Shown: positions 40,634 through 48,616, numbered from the whole stretch's first letter. The stretch: 61,940 bases of DNA, filler included, from 3 parts of 3 records of this genome joined end to end with filler, not necessarily neighbours in it, one strand, 5' to 3'. The notes: generated by a model from the sequence alone, not told the origin. Numbers and translations are program-made.

Positions 40634-41635
40634 TCACGCCCCGATCAGGGTGGTCCGCTTCGCAGGGGATTCCATGTCCTCGCGCGGAGCGGCTTCCATC
40701 CCCATCTTGCCCATCAGGGCAGCGTCCTCATCCATTTCCGGATTGTCGGTGGTCAGCAAACGGTCCCCCACAAAGATGGAATTCGCTCCCGCCAACAGGC
40801 AGAGCGCCTGACCTTCATCGGTCATGCCCTCGCGGCCTGCGGACAGGCGAACCCAGCTCTTCGGGAACACAATGCGACAAACGGCGATTGCACGCGCCAT
40901 CTCGATAACCGAAATCGCCGGGCTGTCGCCAAGAGGCGTTCCTTCGATGGGCACCAGCATGTTCACCGGCACGCTTTCGGGATGAGGTGTCAGTTTTGAC
41001 AATTCATGGATCAGGCCGATCCGGTCTTCACGGCTTTCGCCCATCCCCAGAATGCCGCCGCAACACAGCTTGAGGCCCGCTTCGCGCGCACGGCCCAGCG
41101 TTTCGAGACGGTCGTCATAGGTGCGCGTTGACACGACATTCCCGTAGTATTCGGGCGATGTATCGAGATTGTGATTGTAGTAATCCAGACCAGCCGATTT
41201 CAGCGCCTCGGCCTGACCATCATCCAGCATGCCCAGCGTGACGCAAGTCTCCAGCCCTTCTGCCTTCACAGCCTCGATCATGGCGGCGACTTTTGGCACA
41301 TCGCGATCCTTCAGACTGCGCCATGCCGCGCCCATGCAGAACCGATCCGCACCATTTTCTTTCGCCCGGCGCGCAGCCGATACGACCTCGTCCAGTGGCA
41401 TCAGTTTTGACGCTTCAAGCCCCGTATCGAAATGGGCGGACTGGCTGCAATATCCGCAATTCTCAGCGCAGCCGCCTGTCTTGATGGATAGCAATTGGGA
41501 CTTCTGAACTTTCCCATCCGGCCAGTTCGCCTGCTTCACGGACAGGGCCTGCGCCATCAGCGTATCCAGCGGTTGCGTATACAATGCGGCGATTTCATCC
41601 CGGGTCCAGTCATGGCGAGGGGAAAGGTCTGTCAT
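40634..41635 (-). CDS. bioB: Biotin synthase
   Basis: SIKTGGCAENCGYCSQS radical SAM motif, YNHNLDTS, PESVPVN, VRLSAGR. Confidence 0.97.
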   Translation of the reverse strand: MTDLSPRHDWTRDEIAALYTQPLDTLMAQALSVKQANWPDGKVQKSQLLSIKTGGCAENCGYCSQSAHFDTGLEASKLMPLDEVVSAARRAKENGADRFCMGAAWRSLKDRDVPKVAAMIEAVKAEGLETCVTLGMLDDGQAEALKSAGLDYYNHNLDTSPEYYGNVVSTRTYDDRLETLGRAREAGLKLCCGGILGMGESREDRIGLIHELSKLTPHPESVPVNMLVPIEGTPLGDSPAISVIEMARAIAVCRIVFPKSWVRLSAGREGMTDEGQALCLLAGANSIFVGDRLLTTDNPEMDEDAALMGKMGMEAAPREDMESPAKRTTLIGA

Positions 41636-41773
41636 GCGGGGGAATCCTTCAGAATCTACAATCGTTCGGCAGACTACGTATCGGTGTGCTACGGATCGAT
41701 CAACTGCTGCATAAATTAACTTTGCGGCACCCGGCGGAATGCCGTAAATCGCGGCAAGTCTGAAAGTACGCTC

Positions 41774-42517
41774 ATGGACACCCAGCCAGCTCCCAAAAAA
41801 GTTCTCGACGCCAATGCCCGCCGAGGTGCCATCATCGGCGGGGTTGCACTGTTGGTAATTCTGGTCCTGTTCCTGATCGGAAAGACCACAAACCTGACCG
41901 ACCTTGAAGCGCTGCAGACCACGATGGAAAGCATAGCTTCCAGCCCGTGGGCGCTTCCGGCATTGATCGTGCTATTCGTTGTCGGCGCCTTTGTCGGCAT
42001 TCCGCAATTTGCCCTGTTGGCGATCTCTATTGCCATGTTCGGGCCTTGGCTCGGCGCCTTCATGGGATGGATTGCAAACATGGTGGCAGGGGCCGCGACG
42101 TTTTATGCCGGACGACTGGCGGGCGAGAAAACCTTCCGTCGCTATGCTGGAGAGACGGCCAACAAGCTGTCTGGCTTTGTCGGTCGCAATGCCTTGATGA
42201 CCAGCGCAATCGTCCGGAACGTACCGGCTGGCCCTGCCCTGCTCGTGAACATGGCATTCGGGGTCAGCCATGCAAAGTTCCTGCACTACTGGGCCGGCAT
42301 GGGCGTCGGTATCATTCCGAAGATCGCCCTGATCGCATTTGCAGGCCAGAGCCTGTTTGCTGCCCTCAAGGGCAATCCGCTCGTCGCCATCGCCGCTGCG
42401 GGCGCCGCCATTGCGGTCTATATCGCCATTGCTGCCTATGCGCGCGCCCGCATGCGCAAGGCAGGGCAATCTGTTGCCCTCATTCCGCAAAACGAGGTTG
42501 ACAGCGCCGCGCCATAG
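41774..42517 (+). CDS. DedA/TVP38 (VTT) family membrane protein
   Basis: FGPWLG, FYAGR, VRNVPAGPALLVNMAFG, GIIPK. Confidence 0.85.
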   Translation: MDTQPAPKKVLDANARRGAIIGGVALLVILVLFLIGKTTNLTDLEALQTTMESIASSPWALPALIVLFVVGAFVGIPQFALLAISIAMFGPWLGAFMGWIANMVAGAATFYAGRLAGEKTFRRYAGETANKLSGFVGRNALMTSAIVRNVPAGPALLVNMAFGVSHAKFLHYWAGMGVGIIPKIALIAFAGQSLFAALKGNPLVAIAAAGAAIAVYIAIAAYARARMRKAGQSVALIPQNEVDSAAP

Positions 42518-42533
42518 GCCGATGAAGCTCCCT

Positions 42534-42596
42534 ATGTGGAATAAATTGCCTCTTCAGCTACTGCTTACCGGCCCCTGGCCGGTGATGTCTGCCTAG
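42534..42596 (+). CDS. leuA leader peptide (MWNKLPLQLLLTGPWPVMSA)
   Basis: Short ORF with TTG-CCT-CTT-CAG-CTA-CTG-CTT (5 Leu in 7 codons, including rare CTA); stop 76 nt before leuA. Confidence 0.75.
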   Translation: MWNKLPLQLLLTGPWPVMSA

Positions 42597-42672
42597 GGTT
42601 CAGCCAGGGCAAGCACGCGGTCAGGGGGTACAATCAACCTCACACTCCATTCCCAGACCCGGTAGCTAGACA

Positions 42673-42732
42673 ATGTCCACTTCATCCAATCCTCACATCC
42701 GTATCTTCGACACAACCTTGCGTGACGGCGAA
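42673..42732 (+). CDS. leuA: 2-isopropylmalate synthase, N-terminal fragment
   Basis: MSTSSNPHIRIFDTTLRDGE (DRE-TIM signature) preceded by a Leu-rich leader; cut by the linker. Confidence 0.85.
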
Positions 42733-42832
42733 NNNNNNNNNNNNNNNNNNNNNNNNNNNNNNNNNNNNNNNNNNNNTTAATTAATTAANNNNNNNNNNNN
42801 NNNNNNNNNNNNNNNNNNNNNNNNNNNNNNNN
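42733..42832. other. Artificial contig linker
   Basis: 44 N + TTAATTAATTAA + 44 N, identical to the first linker. Confidence 0.98.
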
Positions 42833-42860
42833 GTAGGTTCAAGTCCTACTGGGCCCACCA
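42833..42860 (+). tRNA. 3' end of a tRNA (T-arm + acceptor + CCA); resembles gammaproteobacterial tRNA-Ile2(CAU), anticodon not visible
   Basis: GTAGG-TTCAAGT-CCTAC T-arm followed by TGGGCCC-A-CCA. Could be the gene itself or an att duplicate. Confidence 0.85.
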
Positions 42861-42938
42861 TTCAGATCAACTACTGAAGAATTTTCTGTCCCATTGTCCA
42901 AGGGTACAGAGCTGATCTTTCAGGCCCTGGGAGTTTTT

Positions 42939-43200
42939 GTAGCCTCGTTGTCAAGCCCCCTCTGGTAGCTGGAAAGCCGGCATCAGCAAATCGGATTGGC
43001 AAGCGGCACCTGCCTACGTTATCCCCACTAAGAAACTCAGCAGCCAGAAGAGCGAACGCTTCAAGGTGAATACGCTGATCGAGCACTTGGATAAATATTC
43101 TCTAGCAGCTCTTACGCCAGAACTAGTCGCCAACTACCGTGACAAGCATTTTAACAGTTTGGGGCGTGTTGGATCTCGTGTAATTGTGCAAACAAGCTAA
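42939..43200 (+). pseudogene. Tyrosine integrase remnant (N-terminal part only, internally deleted)
   Basis: Frame from 42961 reads SGSWKAGISKSDW...VIPTKKLSSQKSERFKVNTLIEHLDKYSLAALTPELVANYRDK, resembling tRNA-targeting Rci-like integrases. No intact start and no catalytic domain. Confidence 0.7.
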
Positions 43201-43347
43201 GAGCTTGAGTATCTGCTTCAGGTCATCGCCTGAGGCATAACGCCGAGTCGCCAGCACGTCGTTAATACGTCCGTTGGATATTCCACCATGCCATTCGTCT
43301 GTGACCTTCCCAGATTGATCAGGCGGTGTTCGCGCCTGATCAAAGGG
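43178..43347 (-). mobile_element. IS481-family transposase remnant
   Basis: PFDQ / EHRLINLGRSQTNGMVE / (frameshift) NGRINDVLATRRYASGDDLKQILK..LHNY resembles the IS481 DDE C-terminus. Confidence 0.72.
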
Positions 43348-43449
43348 AGGGAAGGGTATTGCTATCCAGCTGGCCAAGGCATGTCGTACGCATATCATTG
43401 CCATCACTGGATCCGACAAGTAAGGGAACAACCGTATTTCTAGGTCATT

Positions 43450-44430
43450 TTAGGTCATCGTCACCACCACACGCCCGCGAATTCGTCCAGAAAGCAGGTC
43501 GTCGGCCGCTTCGATAGCCTCATCAAGAGTGATAGAGCGAGTGATAGCATCAAGCTGCTCGGGAGCCAGCAGCTCTCCCAGCCGCCGCCATGCCTCGAGG
43601 CGATCCTCGCGAGGGCGCATCACACTGTCGACTCCTACCAGTGTCACTCCACGCAGAATGAACGGGGCGACACTGGCAGGCAGGTCCATGCCTTGAGCCA
43701 GTCCACAGGCGGCCACGCTGCCGCTATAGCGGGTGGAGGCCAGAACGTTGGCCAGAGTGTGGCTGCCTACCGAGTCGATTGCCCCCGCCCAGCGTTCTTT
43801 ACCCAAGGGGCGCCCCGGTTCGGAGAGTGTGGCACGATCGATCACCTCTACGGCGCCGAGTTCCTGGAGGTAGTCGGCTTCCTCTGGGCGGCCAGTGGAA
43901 GCTACCACTTGGTAGCCCAGCCGCGCGAGCAGTGCAATAGCATAGCTGCCCACACCACCGTTGGCACCGGTCACCAGTATTTTGCCCTGCTCAGGCGTAA
44001 TACCCTGCTTCTCAAGAGCCATCACCGAAAGCATGGCCGTATACCCGGCAGTACCAATCGCCATGGCCTGGCGCGGCGTAAAGGCTGCTGGCAACGGAAT
44101 CAACCAGCGGCTATCCAGGCAAGCCTTTTCGGCCAAGCCTCCCCAGTGAGCCTCACCCACGCCCCAGCCGTTGAGCAACACTGCGTCACCGGGGGCAAAG
44201 GCATCACTGGTGGTGTGTTCCACTGTTCCGGCCAGATCGATACCCGGCACCATGGGAAACTGACGAACCACCGGCCCCTTGCCTGTAATCGCCAATGCAT
44301 CCTTGTAGTTGAGAGTACTGCAGTCGACCCGAACGGTGACATCGCCCTCAGGCAGCTTCGACTCGTCGATGGCTTTTAGCGTCGCCTGCTGTCTGTCGTC
44401 ATGCTTTTCGATCAGTATGGCCTTAAACAT
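43450..44430 (-). CDS. acuI: Acrylyl-CoA reductase (MDR family, YhdH/AcuI)
   Basis: [51 protein letters not shown]; downstream of acuR. Confidence 0.92.
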   Translation of the reverse strand: MFKAILIEKHDDRQQATLKAIDESKLPEGDVTVRVDCSTLNYKDALAITGKGPVVRQFPMVPGIDLAGTVEHTTSDAFAPGDAVLLNGWGVGEAHWGGLAEKACLDSRWLIPLPAAFTPRQAMAIGTAGYTAMLSVMALEKQGITPEQGKILVTGANGGVGSYAIALLARLGYQVVASTGRPEEADYLQELGAVEVIDRATLSEPGRPLGKERWAGAIDSVGSHTLANVLASTRYSGSVAACGLAQGMDLPASVAPFILRGVTLVGVDSVMRPREDRLEAWRRLGELLAPEQLDAITRSITLDEAIEAADDLLSGRIRGRVVVTMT

Positions 44431-44460
44431 GTAGCACCTCGTATTATGAGAGCCCCTTTT

Positions 44461-44477
44461 ATAGACCGATCGTCTAT
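44461..44477. promoter_or_regulatory. Putative AcuR operator 2 (upstream of acuI)
   Basis: ATAGACCGATCGTCTAT, 16/17 identical to the box at 45149; flanked by TTTT/AAAA. Confidence 0.75.
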
Positions 44478-44500
44478 AAAAAGGCCTGAAGAAGCCCCGT

Positions 44501-45139
44501 TTAGCGGGGCAAGCCTTGAAGATACGTTGAGATGAAGATCCTCAGTGGATGCGCGCTGTGCTCTAGCTTCGCTCGCATCACGGCGCCTTCCCAGCCAATC
44601 CAGAAGGCTTTAGCTAAGCGGTCGCAATCGGCCTCCTCGGCGAGCTCGCCCGTCTCGCGAGCCTCTTCAAGGCAACGGGCCAAGCGCTGCTCCCAGTCGG
44701 CTAGAGTCGCGAGCAACCAGTCGCGATAGCCCGTCGGTAGCCCGCCCGCCTCCTGTCCTAGGTTTCCTACCAGGCAACCCCGTCGATAACCATGCCGTGC
44801 CATGCCGGCAGAGGCATCTTCGACGAAGGTCTCCAGGCGCGCTAGGGGGGGCTGCGACATATCGCTCAAGTGGCGATCCAATTTGGCAGCGAAGTAGGCG
44901 CCGTAGTGCTCTATCACGGCACGCCCAAAGGCCTCCTTGCTGTCGAAGTAGTAGTAGAAGGAGCCCTTGGGTACACCGACCCGCTTGAGAATGCCATCGA
45001 TGCCTGAGGCGATGAAACCTTGCTCAGTTAGCACCTCTAGTCCGCTCCGAATTAGCGCGGCGCGGGTATCGGGATCCTTCCGCGGTACCTTGGGGGGGCG
45101 GCCTCGGCTTCGAGCCTTGGGGAGTTGGGTAGTTGTCAT
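44501..45139 (-). CDS. acuR: TetR-family acrylate-responsive repressor
   Basis: [49 protein letters not shown]. True start is probably ATG 45139. Confidence 0.88.
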   Translation of the reverse strand: MTTTQLPKARSRGRPPKVPRKDPDTRAALIRSGLEVLTEQGFIASGIDGILKRVGVPKGSFYYYFDSKEAFGRAVIEHYGAYFAAKLDRHLSDMSQPPLARLETFVEDASAGMARHGYRRGCLVGNLGQEAGGLPTGYRDWLLATLADWEQRLARCLEEARETGELAEEADCDRLAKAFWIGWEGAVMRAKLEHSAHPLRIFISTYLQGLPR

Positions 45140-45174
45140 GAAAATAATATAGACTGATCGTCTATTAATTACAA
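45140..45174 (-). promoter_or_regulatory. Sigma70 promoter (TTGTAA-17-TATATT) with overlapping AcuR operator 1 (45149-45165); predicts a leaderless mRNA
   Basis: The -10 ends 6 nt before the ATG, there is no Shine-Dalgarno, and ATAGACTGATCGTCTAT lies in the spacer/-10. Confidence 0.75.
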
Positions 45175-45470
45175 CCGACCATCGTGCTCGACCACCCGTT
45201 ACCTGCCGTGGAAGTCGAGCACCGCCCCGGAGTAGATCTGCTACCAAAGACTGGCGGTGTTTACTCACCTAGTCCTGTATGGCCCTTAGAATGACCAGAT
45301 ATCGGCCAACGCATCGCGTACGGCGGCGATGACCGGCTCGTCGCGCCGGTCGAGAGTATTCGCCACCAGTCACGAGATTAGGAGCATAGCCGCTCCAGAA
45401 GTCGTGCCCACCAGAGGCACTGCTATCGGACATCGTCGGGCAGAGGAAGTGGAGGAAGCTATGTCTTGAA

Positions 45471-45629
45471 TCAATCATCGAATATCTTCTCAACAGGTTT
45501 ACCGAAGAAATGTGCCAACTTCGGTGCCTGGGTAGCGGCCAACCTAGATGGTATTGCGTGATACACCCAGCGTCTCGGCTAGGTCTGCCCGGGGTAGGTT
45601 TTGCGCAGCTCGCGAATCCGATTTTTCAT
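45471..45629 (-). pseudogene. XRE-family HTH regulator remnant
   Basis: MKNRIRELRK / ADLAETLGVSRNTI* / GRY / KLAHFFGKPVEKIFDD* in shifting frames with deletions. Confidence 0.72.
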
Positions 45630-45651
45630 TTGAAAAGAGGGTTGTGGCATA

Positions 45652-45680
45652 ACTTACTAATGGTATACTTACTATTGGTA
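45652..45680. promoter_or_regulatory. Tandem putative TetR operators
   Basis: ACTTACTAATGGTA-T-ACTTACTATTGGTA; each unit has a near-palindromic TAC-N5-GTA core; upstream of the AhpD-TetR pair. Confidence 0.55.
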
Positions 45681-45768
45681 GGTTTGCGGCTGAGCTTATA
45701 CCACAAACCACCATATTCTTTTAAAGAACAGGCTTTGCCCTGCCATTTTTTGTTGAATGAGGTGAACG

Positions 45769-46311
45769 ATGAAACCGGTGAGTCTTGAAACGGCCGATGA
45801 TCTGGCCACGCCTATTCTGAAAGAGTTCCAGGAGCGCTATGGGATGGTCCCGAACTTCTACGGAGCCTTGGGTATCGATGGGGCGAGCCTTAAAGGCTAC
45901 CTGGCATTCGAGGCGGCGATTGAGGAACGCTGTCTGTTGAGTGAGCAGCAGCGAGAGTTGATCTCTCTAGCGGTGGCTAATCGCAACGGCTGTCATTACT
46001 GTATCAGTGGGCATACCTTTTCGGCCCGAAAGCTGGGCATGAGTAAGGAGGAGTGCCGTGCTGCCCAGGTAGGCGAGGCCAGTGATGCTTTGGATCAGGC
46101 AATGCTCGACCTAGCCCTTGACGTGATGAAACATAATGGAGCTTGCTCCCCGGAGCAGAAAGATCGCTGCAGGGCTCTAGGCATGAGTGATGCTCTGATC
46201 GTGCAGATAGTGTCATGGACAGGAATTAACAATTTCAGTAACTGGATCAATAATCTGGTGCAACCAAAGATTGACTTCCCGAAAGTTGAGCTGATTCCGA
46301 ATCCTAAGTAA
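45769..46311 (+). CDS. AhpD/carboxymuconolactone decarboxylase family peroxidase-like protein
   Basis: GMVPNFY, RELISLAVANRNGCHYCISGH CxxC motif, KIDFP; GAGG RBS. Confidence 0.9.
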   Translation: MKPVSLETADDLATPILKEFQERYGMVPNFYGALGIDGASLKGYLAFEAAIEERCLLSEQQRELISLAVANRNGCHYCISGHTFSARKLGMSKEECRAAQVGEASDALDQAMLDLALDVMKHNGACSPEQKDRCRALGMSDALIVQIVSWTGINNFSNWINNLVQPKIDFPKVELIPNPK

Positions 46312-46322
46312 GTGAGGCGTTA

Positions 46323-46892
46323 ATGCGAAAAAGGCTTTCCAAGGACGAGCGACGACAGCAACTGCTGGATCTGTCTCTGGTGATTCTTGAGCGAGATGGA
46401 GCGGACGCTCTTACTCTGGCCACACTCGCCCAGGAAGCGGGCGTGACCAAGCCCGTGGCCTATGCCCACTTCCAGAGTCGAGCCAATCTGCTTTATCAGT
46501 TATTTGCTCGATTTGACCAGCAACTAGCCGATGTGACCCGGCAACGGATTGCTGGCAAGGCTTGCTCGCTGCAGGAGCGTGTGCATCATGTCGTGGCGCT
46601 TTATTTTGATTGTGTCAGGCTGTGTGGCTCTCAGTACGAAGCTATCGTATCGGCCTTAATGGCCTATCCCGAATATAAGGATATTCGCACCAACATTCGA
46701 AATTCCTTCGTGTATGTCTATCGGGAGCTTTTCTCGGACTATGACACCGATGGATGCCTTGGCTATCGGCTGGTGGCGATATTTGGGGCGATCGAGGAAA
46801 TGGCGAAAGCCACGATGGAGGATCAGGTTCCCTATGATCAGGCTGTCGTGACTTTGGAGCATTTAATCGTTTCGGCTCTCCAGCGAGGCTGA
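46323..46892 (+). CDS. TetR/AcrR family regulator
   Basis: RLSKDERRQQLL, LAQEAGVTKPVAYAHF HTH. Confidence 0.9.
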   Translation: MRKRLSKDERRQQLLDLSLVILERDGADALTLATLAQEAGVTKPVAYAHFQSRANLLYQLFARFDQQLADVTRQRIAGKACSLQERVHHVVALYFDCVRLCGSQYEAIVSALMAYPEYKDIRTNIRNSFVYVYRELFSDYDTDGCLGYRLVAIFGAIEEMAKATMEDQVPYDQAVVTLEHLIVSALQRG

Positions 46893-47084
46893 GGGGGAAG
46901 GACAAAACCTTTTGCTTGTAGATTGCTGAATATATCCCATATGGAGGAGAGCATGTTTCACGAGGTCATGGATCGACAACCTTGCTATAGAGGTGAGTGC
47001 ACTCATTGTCCGCCATTGTGTGAGAGGAAAATCCAATCATGAATATAAAGTTTATTATTTCTCAAGTCACAATGGGTAAGTTTT

Positions 47085-47503
47085 ATGCAAGGTATAAAGC
47101 GAAGAGTGATCTATGTTGTGTTCTATGAACTGATCACGTTGTTGATTATAAGTACGGCCTTCTCCTTTTCTCAGGGAAAGATGCTGGACATAGTACTACG
47201 CTAGGCGTTGTGGTAGTGATGTTGGCTGTAGTCTGGAATACTGTGTACAACACATTATTTGAAATGTGGGAAAAAAACAGACAGGCTCGTGGAAGAAGCC
47301 TTGTCAGGCGAGTGCTTCATGCCATCGGGTTTGAAATAGGGTTCGTTGCCATTACCCTTCCTCTATTTGCATGGTGGCTGGAAATGACACTGCTGGATGC
47401 TTTCATGCTTGATGCTGGGCTTACTCTATTTTTTATGTTTTTTACATTTTTCTATAACTGGACCTTTGATAAGGTATTTGGACTTCCTCTTTCAGCGCAA
47501 TAA
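47085..47503 (+). pseudogene. PACE (AceI-like) efflux transporter, frameshifted
   Basis: MQGIKRRVIYVVFYE... from 47085 stops at 47204. The rest (SGKDAGHS...WNTVYN..FE..RRVLHAIGFE..FNWTFD-like) is in another frame. One added T in TTTT 47166-47169 restores it. Confidence 0.85.
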
Positions 47504-47843
47504 CACTCCTCATCATATTCATTATCCTGGTTGAAGAGTGAAAAGTTAAAAGTATAGGCTGATTTTTTAACTCTCTTATAGGCTCAGGCGAAATCTTGAC
47601 TTTTGAGTAAATAAGAATATAAAGTCGACTTGATCGCCACCAAGCTTAATAGTTGGTGGCGGTTTAAAAATGGTTGTCGAAATGTTAAGTGATTTATTTA
47701 TGCTTTTTTCCTTGAATTTTAATGGAATATTTAATAAGTGGAGGGCAGTATAATCTAGATAAACACGCCGTCGGGCTTATCTAGGTTATGTAGAAAGGTG
47801 TATCATTAATGTTCGGCAGGCAAACCAATGGTATGAGCAATCA

Positions 47844-48212
47844 ATGACCCACACGCTTAGGTTTATCTATCAACTTGTCTCATGGGGTTGCATCGTATTG
47901 GCTTGGACTAACGGTGCTATTTTGTTGTGGGATGGTTGTACTAACGGGCAGTCCCGAGTCATCACTTTCGCGGTCGCGCTGCTGTTTGGCGTTATTGGTG
48001 GCATCGTTCTTGGCGTGGAAAGAAGTTTGAGTCGAATCTACCGGTGCTCCACTAAGGCTTCCAAAGAGCTTCTGGATTCAGCCTCCGCCAGTTCTTGGGC
48101 ATTGCTTTACGTGTGTCTCATTGCAGGAGTGTTCCTCCTTGCTCTGGTAATGGGAAGCGGTTTGTTCGCGATCATCGGAAGGCTGCAGCAAGGGTTTCAT
48201 ATCTTCGGATGA
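47844..48212 (+). CDS. Hypothetical 3-TM membrane protein (gene-cassette-like)
   Basis: 122-aa hydrophobic ORF between GTTCGGC (47811) and an attC-like element. Confidence 0.65.
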   Translation: MTHTLRFIYQLVSWGCIVLAWTNGAILLWDGCTNGQSRVITFAVALLFGVIGGIVLGVERSLSRIYRCSTKASKELLDSASASSWALLYVCLIAGVFLLALVMGSGLFAIIGRLQQGFHIFG

Positions 48213-48259
48213 GTACTAATGCAGACGTGTTCGATGCTTGAAATTCCCAACAAAGAAAA

Positions 48260-48332
48260 TGCTGAGCAAGGCTCTGCACCGGATGGCAATTCCGCTGTGT
48301 TCCATTGCTGGCGGTGAGCTTAAAAGTTGTAT
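48260..48332 (+). mobile_element. Degenerate integron attC site
   Basis: TGCTGAGC-AAGGC-TCTGCACCGGATGGCAAT...ATTGCTGGCGGTGAGC-TTAAAA-GTT: imperfect inverted repeat with extrahelical bases, about 70 bp. Confidence 0.68.
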
Positions 48333-48548
48333 TAATGTTGGCTAAAAATACCGTTCCTGACTGAGGCTGTGTAACAGCTTATAAGTCAGCGGTGATGACA
48401 GTGTCCAGTCGCCTTGGCACAACTATCGGCTAACAATACATTTCAGAATGCCTTCATTGATTACTCCCGCATCTCTAGCTGTTTTAGATTGCTACGGAAC
48501 ATTCGTTTAAGAGCGTGATTGGCTTGCGTCGTTGTCGTTATTGTTCAT

Positions 48549-48571
48549 GCAAATAAAAATCCGTATCATTC
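48549..48571 (+). promoter_or_regulatory. Putative Fur box
   Basis: GCAAATAAAAATCCGTATCATTC resembles AATGATAATCATTATCATT; upstream of a siderophore receptor. Confidence 0.6.
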
Positions 48572-48616
48572 GTCTTACTATAACGATACTTCTCCTCATG
48601 CCTGTGAGACCTTCCT

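Noticed and set aside
43450..45139. DMSP catabolic (ddd) cluster
   Set aside because: No DMSP lyase, CoA-transferase or BCCT transporter next to acuRI in this window.
45140..45268. 43-aa N-terminal extension of AcuR in the ORF track
   Set aside because: It spans the promoter and operator; ATG 45139 fits the family N-terminus and promoter spacing.
45510..45788. 92-aa plus-strand ORF as a real gene
   Set aside because: Antisense to the XRE remnant, runs through the AhpD promoter/operator, and has no RBS or motif.
47755..47791. Hairpin followed by GTTATGT as a second attC
   Set aside because: Too short (about 35 bp) and lacks an RYYYAAC inverse core and L-box geometry.
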